A DNA stretch of 64,000 nt from NCBI GenBank assembly GCA_947588605.1, contig CANPYK010000010.1, positions 3,082 through 67,081 of the forward strand, given 5' to 3'. The notes under the pieces are model-generated. The model did not search any database and was not told where the DNA came from. It saw only the letters and a program-made list of their open reading frames with translations. Shown here piece by piece: positions 9,544 to 17,475 of this stretch (within the stretch, counting starts at the first letter, position 1; the number at the start of each line of letters is the position of its first letter). The position numbers and the translations under genes were made by a program. This DNA comes from an uncultured Oscillospiraceae bacterium. GTDB lineage: Bacteria; Bacillota; Clostridia; Oscillospirales; Oscillospiraceae.

Positions 9544-9572
9544 ACTATACTACCTTTGTAGAAGTTCGTCAA
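9544..9572 (-). promoter_or_regulatory. Candidate promoter of the blaI-like operon
   Basis: On the minus strand: TTGACG-17 nt-TATAGT. Confidence 0.6.
9550..9561. promoter_or_regulatory. Second TACA..TGTA-type dyad CTACCTTTGTAG
   Basis: CTAC-N4-GTAG dyad lying in the promoter spacer. Confidence 0.5.
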
Positions 9573-9602
9573 GTTACAAAACGGTAACAAGACCCTCGCG
9601 CC

Positions 9603-10265
9603 TCATTGCGCGCCGTTTTTTCCCTCGGCGCGCAGGGGAGTGAGTACGCCTCCGTCCATCTCACACACTGTGTCGCAGAGAAGGTCGATGTCTCCCGCGA
9701 TGTGGGAGGCCAGGAGAATCGTCTTGCCCCGCTCCCGCAGGGCGGCGAAAAGGGCGCGCATATCCTCGCAGCCCTGTTTGTCCAAACCGTTCATGGGCTC
9801 GTCCAGCAGCAAGATCGCCGGGTCCTCCATGATCGCCTGGGCGATGCCAAGGCGCTGGCGCATACCAAGGGAATACTTGCTCACCCATTTCCGGCTCCGG
9901 GGGTCCAGACCCACGGTGCCCATGGTCTCGGCGGCCTGCTCCTTGGTGATGACGCGCCGGATCTGGGCAAGGTCCCACAGGTTCCCGAGCCCCGACTTGT
10001 ACGGCAGAAAGCCGGGCGTCTCGATGAGGATGCCGGTGTCCGGGGCGAAGTCGCAGTCGCGCCCCAACGTCTTCCCGCCCACGGTGATCGTCCCCGCCGT
10101 GGGGCGGAGAAGGCCGCACAGAAGCTTGAGAAAGACCGTCTTCCCCGAGCCGTTTTTCCCCACGATGCCGTGTATTTTGCCGGCCTCAAAGGAGACGGTG
10201 GTCTCTTTCAGCACAGTCTGGTCCTTGAAGGTCTTTGTGAGGCCGGTTACCTCGATGATGTTCAT
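9603..10265 (-). CDS. ABC transporter ATP-binding protein
   Basis: Walker A GKNGSGKT, signature YSLGMRQR, Walker B ILLLDEP. Confidence 0.9.
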   Translation of the reverse strand: MNIIEVTGLTKTFKDQTVLKETTVSFEAGKIHGIVGKNGSGKTVFLKLLCGLLRPTAGTITVGGKTLGRDCDFAPDTGILIETPGFLPYKSGLGNLWDLAQIRRVITKEQAAETMGTVGLDPRSRKWVSKYSLGMRQRLGIAQAIMEDPAILLLDEPMNGLDKQGCEDMRALFAALRERGKTILLASHIAGDIDLLCDTVCEMDGGVLTPLRAEGKNGAQ

Positions 10266-10873
10266 CTGTTTCCTCCTTTTCTGTCATAAAAGCGCACCAG
10301 CCGCCATCCCGCCGCCCATAGGACGAGCGCCAGCGCCGCCTCGACGCCCAGGGTCCAAAAAAGCGGGAATCCGTCCGGTTGGGCCAGGGCGCTCCGTGCC
10401 GCCATGCCCCAATTCCCCGGGAGGATCAGCTTCCACGCGCCGGGGAGGGCCTTTGAGACGAACAGGGACAGGAGCTGGGTCAAAATAAACGGCACAAAGC
10501 CGGCCGCGGCGGTGCCAAAAAGCGCGATCAAAAGGGACTGGACGCCGATCAGGACAAGCATATTGAGAGCCAGAATGCCGGCGGAGATCCATATGTGTTC
10601 CGCCGGGTCCGCGCTCCACCACAGGCTCAGCGCCAGCGCGGCGGCCAGCACAGGCAGCGCGGCCAGCCACGAGCGGCACAACATCAGCCGGACCCATTTT
10701 TTGTACCCGCACCGGGGCAGGTAAAACACCTTAGAGCGCCCCGCAAGGCCCGCCGCCGTCCGCCCTGCGGCGCAGTCCAGAAGCCCCAACAGCAAAAGAT
10801 ACCGCAGGAGAGCGATAGTCCCCGCCAGGGCCGGCTCCTCCGGCAATCCAGCCAGAGTCGTCGTCCATCTCAT
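10262..10873 (-). CDS. Polytopic membrane protein (ABC-2-like permease component?)
   Basis: Multiple hydrophobic helices. ATGA overlaps on both sides (10873/10870 and 10265/10262). Confidence 0.6.
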   Translation of the reverse strand: MRWTTTLAGLPEEPALAGTIALLRYLLLLGLLDCAAGRTAAGLAGRSKVFYLPRCGYKKWVRLMLCRSWLAALPVLAAALALSLWWSADPAEHIWISAGILALNMLVLIGVQSLLIALFGTAAAGFVPFILTQLLSLFVSKALPGAWKLILPGNWGMAARSALAQPDGFPLFWTLGVEAALALVLWAAGWRLVRFYDRKGGNR

Positions 10874-11718
10874 GCGCCGCCCCCTCCCGCGAGGTCTGCA
10901 CGGCGCAGGACCCGGTAGGTCCAAAAGCCCAGGAGCCCGCAGGCGGCCAGGAAAAACGACACCCTATACGCCACCGACAGGGGGCTTACAAGCTCACTGC
11001 CCAGAGAGGCCAAGTTGCAGGGGGAGATGTTGCGCAGACGGACCAGCAGTCCGCTGTTGTCGATGAGAATTCGCAGGGTGACCAGCGCCGCTACCGTGAA
11101 GCACCCCACGCCGCTCCTCCACCGGGCGTTCAATGCCAGACAAACAAACGCGAAGAACGTAAAAAGGAGAGTGTCATAAAGAAGCGTCAGACCGAAAATA
11201 GGCCAGGGACCGCCGCTTTTCAGAATGTTCATGGGGAAATCCACGATCATATGGATACCGAGGACGGATGCCCCACCGGGAACGCGGCAGACAAGCTCCA
11301 CAGGGAGGCTCCATTCGTTGCGGAAGGACACCCCGCGCCCGCTCATGGAGAGAAGCATCAGCTCCACCGCGAGGAGGTAGCCCACCACCGTGATAAGGCA
11401 GAAGAGGACCTGCCCCAGGAACCACTTTATCCGGCTGGAGCGCACCAGCCGCAGAGACATCCCCTCATGGAGGAAGGGCGCGTCGCCTAAAAGCAACAGG
11501 ATGCCAAAGGTCATCATACACTGGGGGAGCCGGTTGGTGGAGGCAAAGATCATCAGCTCCAGCCCTTGAAGCGTCTGGCCTTTCTCCGCCAAGGCCCCGG
11601 CCACGCCCCCGAAGCACAGCCGCAGACAGGCGTAGACCACGAAAAGCGCCAGATACAGCCTCGGGGAGGTCAAAAGCCGCCGGAGGTTGTGCCAGGTAAA
11701 CCGCCAGATCTCACCCAT
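10870..11718 (-). CDS. Polytopic membrane protein (ABC-2-like permease component?)
   Basis: At least 6 predicted TM helices. Overlaps the upstream gene by 8 nt. Confidence 0.6.
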   Translation of the reverse strand: MGEIWRFTWHNLRRLLTSPRLYLALFVVYACLRLCFGGVAGALAEKGQTLQGLELMIFASTNRLPQCMMTFGILLLLGDAPFLHEGMSLRLVRSSRIKWFLGQVLFCLITVVGYLLAVELMLLSMSGRGVSFRNEWSLPVELVCRVPGGASVLGIHMIVDFPMNILKSGGPWPIFGLTLLYDTLLFTFFAFVCLALNARWRSGVGCFTVAALVTLRILIDNSGLLVRLRNISPCNLASLGSELVSPLSVAYRVSFFLAACGLLGFWTYRVLRRADLAGGGGA

Positions 11719-12460
11719 GACGAAGCCTCCTTGTCACGCTGAGGCTCCAGGCAAACCCGCAAAGAAGGATGACTGTGGCGCAATAGAGGAGCACATAGGG
11801 GATGCCGCCGCCGAAGGTCAGGCTCATCACGCCCTTTAAAAGGAGCTGAGCCGGATCGAGGAAGAAAAGCTGAAAGGACTGGGCAAAATAGCTCATCGCC
11901 ACCCTGAGGACAAAGGGCGCGGCCAGAGCCAGATATTGATTGGATGTGAAAGACAGACAGGCCAGAGAGACAGCGGGCCACAAGGAGCCGTTCAGCGCGA
12001 AGACGCCGCCCATGGTCAGATAGAGCAGCGCCGGATGGGCGTTGAGCGTGGCGTAGATGGGGATTTTGGAAGAAAAGAACTCCGTCATGCCCCCTCCGAA
12101 ATGCGCGCCGGGGGTGTAGACGGCGCAGAAGACGGTGAAGAGGACAAAGGCCCCCAGCGCCACCACCATGCCGGAGACCACCGCCCCCAGCACCGCCCCA
12201 AAGGAGAAGGAGCGGCGGCCGGAGCGCGCAAGGCACAGGCCCCGGATGCCGGCGTTCATCTGTCGCTCCAAAAGGCAGATGGGGAGCACCGTGGCCACCG
12301 GGAGGAAGAAGCCGGCGACGCCCAGGCCGATGGTGTACTCATAGCAATATAGGAGGTCCTCCGTAAAGAATGTACCCGCCAGCATCCCCAGCCACAGTCC
12401 CAGTATCCCCACCAGCGTGGCGGGGGAGAGGACGGTATTTTTCAGATAGAAGCGTACCAT
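11711..12460 (-). CDS. Polytopic membrane protein (ABC-2-like permease component?)
   Basis: About 6 TM helices. Sits 4 nt downstream of the lipoprotein gene. Confidence 0.6.
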   Translation of the reverse strand: MVRFYLKNTVLSPATLVGILGLWLGMLAGTFFTEDLLYCYEYTIGLGVAGFFLPVATVLPICLLERQMNAGIRGLCLARSGRRSFSFGAVLGAVVSGMVVALGAFVLFTVFCAVYTPGAHFGGGMTEFFSSKIPIYATLNAHPALLYLTMGGVFALNGSLWPAVSLACLSFTSNQYLALAAPFVLRVAMSYFAQSFQLFFLDPAQLLLKGVMSLTFGGGIPYVLLYCATVILLCGFAWSLSVTRRLRHG

Positions 12461-12464
12461 AAGC

Positions 12465-13475
12465 TCAGCCCCCTCTCATCATCTCGCCCGTCTGGGCGTC
12501 TATGAGGCTCCTTTTGATAAGCATGTGCATCGTTCCCTCCCGGTCCATAACGTACACCTTTCTGGTGACGATGTAGGCTGGCAGGAGCTTTTGAGTGTCC
12601 CCCTTCTTGTAGTACCTGAGCTCCGCGTCAACGAAGATTTCCACAGCGGGGCGGAGCTCCAGAAATTCCTGCAAATAGGCGGTACGCACCGCCTCGACGA
12701 GCTCCGGGTCTGTGAGATCCCCCGGCTCCAAGGTCCCCACGGCCTCCCCCAGAGAGAAGCTAACGTTGAAGCCCAGGTGCTTGCCTCCGTTGCGGCTGTA
12801 CTCCGTCAGCTGAGGGTACCCCCCGTAATACTTCTCCGCCGTGAAATACCCTTCGTTGTCGATGAGAAGCCCGTCCACCTGGCAGCTGTAGTGCGTCTCA
12901 TCCGGCAACTCGGCGATCGGGGTCTCCACCCAGGCCATCCCGGTGAGCTCCGCCAGCCTCACCAACAGGTCCTCCGGGTCCAGCGACGCCGGCCAGCCGT
13001 CTGTCTGGACGAAGCTGATGCCGCTTTGGGTGGCGGTGACGTCGCATTCCTGCCCGTCGATGACGGCCGTCATGTTGATCTCCAGTATCTCGTTGACCGA
13101 GTCCCAAAACTCCTCCTTGGAGAGGACCTGGGCGTCCGGGAACATCACATCCCACAGATACCCCTCATAGGGCTTTATTTCATAGATCGTGACGGGCTCC
13201 GACCGGCCGAAATCGTCCTCGTCCACCGCCCAGTAGATGCCGCCCCTGCCCTGCGTCAGCATAAAGCGGATCATTTCCTCCGACGGCGCGGCGGCGGCCT
13301 GCCCGCCGGTCTCCGCCGGCCAGTTCTCTCCGCCCACGACAGGTACGGATTCCTGCCCTCCCGTGCCGGGGGTACTCCCGCCAGCCCCCGTACCGGGCAC
13401 GACCTCCCCGCCGTCCTGCCCGCAGGCGGACAGGAGCAGCGCGCAAACCAGACAAAGTAAAACTGCCTTTTTCAT
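12465..13475 (-). CDS. Lipoprotein with a PepSY-like C-terminus
   Basis: Lipobox LLLSACGQ, Gly-rich linker, C-terminus ...SLIDAQTGEMMRGG. Confidence 0.7.
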   Translation of the reverse strand: MKKAVLLCLVCALLLSACGQDGGEVVPGTGAGGSTPGTGGQESVPVVGGENWPAETGGQAAAAPSEEMIRFMLTQGRGGIYWAVDEDDFGRSEPVTIYEIKPYEGYLWDVMFPDAQVLSKEEFWDSVNEILEINMTAVIDGQECDVTATQSGISFVQTDGWPASLDPEDLLVRLAELTGMAWVETPIAELPDETHYSCQVDGLLIDNEGYFTAEKYYGGYPQLTEYSRNGGKHLGFNVSFSLGEAVGTLEPGDLTDPELVEAVRTAYLQEFLELRPAVEIFVDAELRYYKKGDTQKLLPAYIVTRKVYVMDREGTMHMLIKRSLIDAQTGEMMRGG

Positions 13476-13535
13476 GTTATTGACCTCCTATCACCGGCCC
13501 ATCCGTTCAGACACCGCGATCATACCGCCCCGCGC

Positions 13536-13569
13536 CATCAAAACGGCATCCCCGTTGCATCAAAACGGC
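13536..13569 (-). repeat. Two 12-bp direct repeats (GCCGTTTTGATG on the minus strand), 22 bp start to start
   Basis: CATCAAAACGGC occurs at 13536-13547 and 13558-13569. The proximal copy sits about 11 nt upstream of a TATGAT -10-like hexamer (13519-13524, minus strand). Confidence 0.6.
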
Positions 13570-13580
13570 CTCTTCGACAA

Positions 13581-13608
13581 ATTTTAACCGGGAGCGGGGG
13601 AGCGTCAA
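13581..13608 (-). promoter_or_regulatory. Candidate internal promoter ahead of the lipoprotein/ABC genes
   Basis: On the minus strand: TTGACG-16 nt-TAAAAT, overlapping the stop codon of the anti-sigma-like gene. Confidence 0.45.
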
Positions 13609-14735
13609 TACTCCTGATGCTCAAACGGGCTGAAGACGAAGCGCTCAAGGCCGAAGGTCTCCGTGCGTGTTTCGCCGTCCTCCAGGAAGGTGACGGTGAA
13701 GGCGCCTGTCTCCGGGTCGTAGCGCTCCTCGATGGCATTCTCCCCGTACTCGTCCGAAAAGCCCAGCTCGGACCGGTAAAAGTCCCTGTCCGGCGAGCCG
13801 CGCAAAAATGCGCCGTCCCGATATCGGAACACATGGACCCGCCGCGTCCCCGTTGTATACACGTCATTGGTGACAAGCTCCGGCACGCCGTCGCCGTCCA
13901 GGTCCACGCTGTAGGCGGCGAAGCCGTCCTCGAAGAAGAACACGTTTTCCGCCGCGCACTGTTCCTCGCCGTCCGCCGTCACCCAGCAGTGCCACGCGTA
14001 TTGGTACGGCAAAAATTCCTCCAGCGTGACGCGGTAGTCCTCAAAGCCCAGGACGCTGTCAAAGGGCTTATTCGCCTCGCTCTCGGGGCCTTGCGGGGGA
14101 ATGCCCATGACCGTGCGGAGATAGGCATAGATGTCGCCCGGCTCCCTGAGATGCACCGACATGGTGTAGAAGACCCCGTCGCAGACGAACGCGGCCTTGC
14201 AGGCGTAGTTATAGCGCTCCTCCCAATCCAAAAATTTCTCCAGCCGGAGATAGACCTCCACGCCGCCCACCTCCGCCGTGCCGGTGGGCTCCCAGGGCAG
14301 GTCGGGCTTCTCCGGCGGGTCAAAGGCACAGCTCACGTCTAACCGCTCGCCGTCCAGCTCCACGCGGAAGCTGAGCGACTCCCAGCCGGAGACGTCGGCC
14401 AGCGCCGTGTCCTCCCTGTGGGAGAGACGGATATCGGTGACGCGCGCACCGGCCTCGACCATGTTTTCCGCCAAAAGCGTCCCGTCATAGTACGCCGCCA
14501 CACTCTCCAGACTGGGAAGCTCCTCCGTTGTGAGCCGGACCTCCGGCCTCCCGTCAAGCCGTCCCGGCAGCAGCAGCGCGGCCAGCACCGCCGCCGCGGC
14601 GGCCGCGGGGAGCAGAGCCGCCCAAATTCGTCTTCTGGAGCGCTCTCCCGACCGCTTGTCCGCCGCCAGGACCATCTCCCCGTCAAGCTCGCCGAGTTCG
14701 CCAATGGCGTCCAGAAGCTGTTCACTCAAGCTCAT
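13605..14735 (-). CDS. Membrane-anchored anti-sigma-like protein (no zinc-finger motif seen)
   Basis: Overlaps the sigma gene stop by 14 nt, with an AAGGAGGG SD. Short cytoplasmic N-terminus, one TM (IWAALLPAAAAAAVLAALLL), ectodomain with SVDLDGDGVPELV. Confidence 0.65.
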   Translation of the reverse strand: MSLSEQLLDAIGELGELDGEMVLAADKRSGERSRRRIWAALLPAAAAAAVLAALLLPGRLDGRPEVRLTTEELPSLESVAAYYDGTLLAENMVEAGARVTDIRLSHREDTALADVSGWESLSFRVELDGERLDVSCAFDPPEKPDLPWEPTGTAEVGGVEVYLRLEKFLDWEERYNYACKAAFVCDGVFYTMSVHLREPGDIYAYLRTVMGIPPQGPESEANKPFDSVLGFEDYRVTLEEFLPYQYAWHCWVTADGEEQCAAENVFFFEDGFAAYSVDLDGDGVPELVTNDVYTTGTRRVHVFRYRDGAFLRGSPDRDFYRSELGFSDEYGENAIEERYDPETGAFTVTFLEDGETRTETFGLERFVFSPFEHQEY

Positions 14736-15288
14736 AGAAGCCCTCCTTGATCAAATAGTCTTTCAGCTTTTTCCTGGTCCTGTGGAGCATGGACCGCACC
14801 TTTGCCTCCGAAAAGCCGTACCGCCGCGCGATCTCGCCGACGGGCCTTACATACCAGTAGCGGCTTAAAAAGACGTTCCGCTCCGCCGCTTTGAGCTTCA
14901 AAAGGAAGGCGTGGACAGCGCGGCTCAGTTCCCGCTCGTCCAGCACCCTGTCGGGGTCGCGCCCGTCCGGCAGGACGTCGCCCAGCTCCTCCAGCGCCAA
15001 CGCCGTCTCCCCGCCGCCGCGCTTGGCGGCGCGGTTGCTTCTCCATCTTCTCAGGCTCGCGCGGCGCACGACCGTGCCCACGAAGGCCGCCAGCGCCGCC
15101 GGCCTGTGGGGCGGGATGCTGTTCCAAAGGCCCATCAGCGCGTCGCTGACGCACTCCTCCGCGTCCCGGCGGTCCGACAGGATGTTGAAGGCGATGGCAT
15201 AGCAGTATTTCCCGTACTTCTCCGCCGTCTCCGCGATCGCCCCCTGGTCCCGTGCCCAAAAGAGGTCCACGATCTCCCGGTCCTCCAT
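14722..15288 (-). CDS. ECF-type sigma-70 family RNA polymerase sigma factor
   Basis: Region 2 (DAEECVSDALMGLW) and region 4 (VGEIARRYGFSEAKVRSMLHRTRKKL). The second ATG was chosen because AAGGAGG lies 6 nt upstream of it. Confidence 0.85.
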   Translation of the reverse strand: MEDREIVDLFWARDQGAIAETAEKYGKYCYAIAFNILSDRRDAEECVSDALMGLWNSIPPHRPAALAAFVGTVVRRASLRRWRSNRAAKRGGGETALALEELGDVLPDGRDPDRVLDERELSRAVHAFLLKLKAAERNVFLSRYWYVRPVGEIARRYGFSEAKVRSMLHRTRKKLKDYLIKEGFYELE

Positions 15289-15447
15289 GCTCCGCCTCCT
15301 TGTCATCTTTTTCGAGCGCTCTCACTATTAAAGTGCGCGAAAAGCCGGTTTCGTCGCGTTTTTCGAAAAATTTTTTGCAAGCCAAAGGTCTTCCCATTTT
15401 CGCCTCGACGCGGTAAAATAGGGGAAAGACGATTTGGAGGGCGCGAG

Positions 15448-15963
15448 ATGGACGGTTTTGTAGTGCGGAAGGCGAGGGCCGAGGACGTCCCCGCGATCGC
15501 GGGGCTCTATGACCTGGCCAGGGTCGGGCTCCGGGAACGGGGCGTGGACCAGTGGCAGGACGGGACCCCCAACGGGGACTCGGCGCGGGAGGATGTGGAA
15601 AGCGGCATCAGCTGGGTCCTGGAGGAGGACGGCGCCGTGATGGCCACCGCCGCCGTCTACGTGGGCCACGAGCCCACCTACGACCTCATCTGGGACGGGA
15701 CCTGGCGGGGGACGGGGGAGCGCTACGGCATCATCCACCGCCTGGCCGTATCGCCGGAGGCGCGGCGGCACGGCGCGGCCAGCGCCCTCATGGACCTGGG
15801 GGCGAGACTTACCCGGCAGGCGGGTCTGTCCGTCCTGCGGTGCGACACCCACCGGGACAATCTCCCCATGCGCCGGACGCTGGAGCGCAACGGCTTTGTC
15901 CTCCGGGGCGTCATCCGCCTCCGGTCCGGGGCCTTGCGGGTGGCCTACGAAAAGCTCCTATGA
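15448..15963 (+). CDS. GNAT-family N-acetyltransferase
   Basis: Acetyl-CoA binding-type motif RLAVSPEARRHGAASALM and a 171-aa GNAT-like layout. Confidence 0.75.
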   Translation: MDGFVVRKARAEDVPAIAGLYDLARVGLRERGVDQWQDGTPNGDSAREDVESGISWVLEEDGAVMATAAVYVGHEPTYDLIWDGTWRGTGERYGIIHRLAVSPEARRHGAASALMDLGARLTRQAGLSVLRCDTHRDNLPMRRTLERNGFVLRGVIRLRSGALRVAYEKLL

Positions 15964-16027
15964 TGTTCTTGCCAAACGGCGCGAGCTATGATATACTTTT
16001 CACAAAGTTACCTTGGGAGGAATGACT

Positions 16028-17473
16028 ATGAGAAAAAGCGGGATCCTGATGCCGGCGGCATCCCTGCCGGGAAGATTCGGCGCCGGCTCCTTCGGGGCCG
16101 AGGCGTACAGATTCGTGGACCTTCTTCAAAGGGCGGGGGTGAGGGTCTGGCAGCTCCTCCCCTTAAACCCCCTGGGGTTCGGCAACTCCCCCTATCAGCC
16201 CCTGAGCTCCTACGCCGGGGACGAGCTCTACATAGACCTGGACCTGCTCTACGAGGACGGGCTTTTGCCTGAGCGCCTGGCGGGCTTCACCCCCGCCGAG
16301 AGCGACCGGATCGACTACACCGGCGTCCGGGCGTACAAGGAGCCCTTCTTGCGGGAGGCTTACCGGCGCTTCACCCCCGACGGGGCGTACCGGCGGTTTT
16401 GCGAGCTTTCCTGGGTGCGGCCCTACGCCGTCTTCGTGGCGCTGAAGGCGAAAAACGGTCAGCGCGCCTGGACCGAGTGGCCGAAGGAGGAGCAAAACTG
16501 GATCCTGGACGGGAAGTGCGACCTTTCGGCGCTGGAGGACGAGATCGGCTACCGGATGTTCGCCCAGTACGAATTCCACAAGCAGTGGATGGCGCTCAAG
16601 AAGTACGCCAACGCCAGGAGGATCGAGATCATGGGGGACATCCCCTTCTACGTGGGCCTCGATTCCCTGGACGTGTGGAGCGCCAGGGATCAGTTCCTCA
16701 TCAATGGCGACGGGGAGCCGGACTTCATCGCCGGCGTGCCGCCGGACTACTTCAACGCCGACGGCCAGCGCTGGGGGAATCCCATTTACAACTGGGAGGT
16801 CCTGCGGCGCAACGGCTTTAAGTTCTGGATCGACCGCCTGCGCTACTCCTCCACGCTCTACGACATCCTGCGCATCGACCATTTCCGGGCCTTTGACACC
16901 TACTGGAAGATCCCCGCGTCCTGCCCCACCGCCAGGGAGGGGGCGTGGATCGAAGCGCCGGGGTACGAGCTCTTTGACGAGATCTTCCGGCAGATGCCGA
17001 AGATCAAGATCGTGGCGGAGGACCTGGGGGACCTGCGGCCCGAGGTGGGCGTTCTCCGGGACCACTACGGCCTCATGGGCATGAACGTGGCGGAGTTCAC
17101 CTTCATGGACCCCAATCAGCCCATCTTGAAAAACCAGCTGGTCTACACCGGCACCCACGACAACCAGCCCGTCATGGGCTGGTACAAGGACAGGACCGCC
17201 AAAGAGCGCCGCGCCGTCAACCGGGCCCTGGCGTCCTACGGCAGCGGGCGGGAGAAGCTCTCCAAGCGCCTGACGCGGTATATCATGCTCTCCCGTGCCG
17301 ATATGGCCATCGTCCCCATGGCGGACGTGCTGGGCCTGGACGACCGGGCGCGGCTCAACCTGCCGGGTACCGTGGGAAGCCCCAACTGGGAGTGGCGGCT
17401 CGACTCCTTCGCCCCCTTTGAGCGGAAAATACCGGAGCTGAGAAGGCTCCTTGTGGAGGCCAAGAGGGTATGA
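16028..17473 (+). CDS. malQ: 4-alpha-glucanotransferase (amylomaltase, GH77)
   Basis: N-terminus MRKSGILMPAASLPG...FG, then ...DLPFYV-like IPFYVGLDS, RIDHFRAF and GTHDNQP motifs. GGGAGG SD 7 nt upstream. Confidence 0.9.
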   Translation: MRKSGILMPAASLPGRFGAGSFGAEAYRFVDLLQRAGVRVWQLLPLNPLGFGNSPYQPLSSYAGDELYIDLDLLYEDGLLPERLAGFTPAESDRIDYTGVRAYKEPFLREAYRRFTPDGAYRRFCELSWVRPYAVFVALKAKNGQRAWTEWPKEEQNWILDGKCDLSALEDEIGYRMFAQYEFHKQWMALKKYANARRIEIMGDIPFYVGLDSLDVWSARDQFLINGDGEPDFIAGVPPDYFNADGQRWGNPIYNWEVLRRNGFKFWIDRLRYSSTLYDILRIDHFRAFDTYWKIPASCPTAREGAWIEAPGYELFDEIFRQMPKIKIVAEDLGDLRPEVGVLRDHYGLMGMNVAEFTFMDPNQPILKNQLVYTGTHDNQPVMGWYKDRTAKERRAVNRALASYGSGREKLSKRLTRYIMLSRADMAIVPMADVLGLDDRARLNLPGTVGSPNWEWRLDSFAPFERKIPELRRLLVEAKRV

Positions 17474-17475
17474 TT

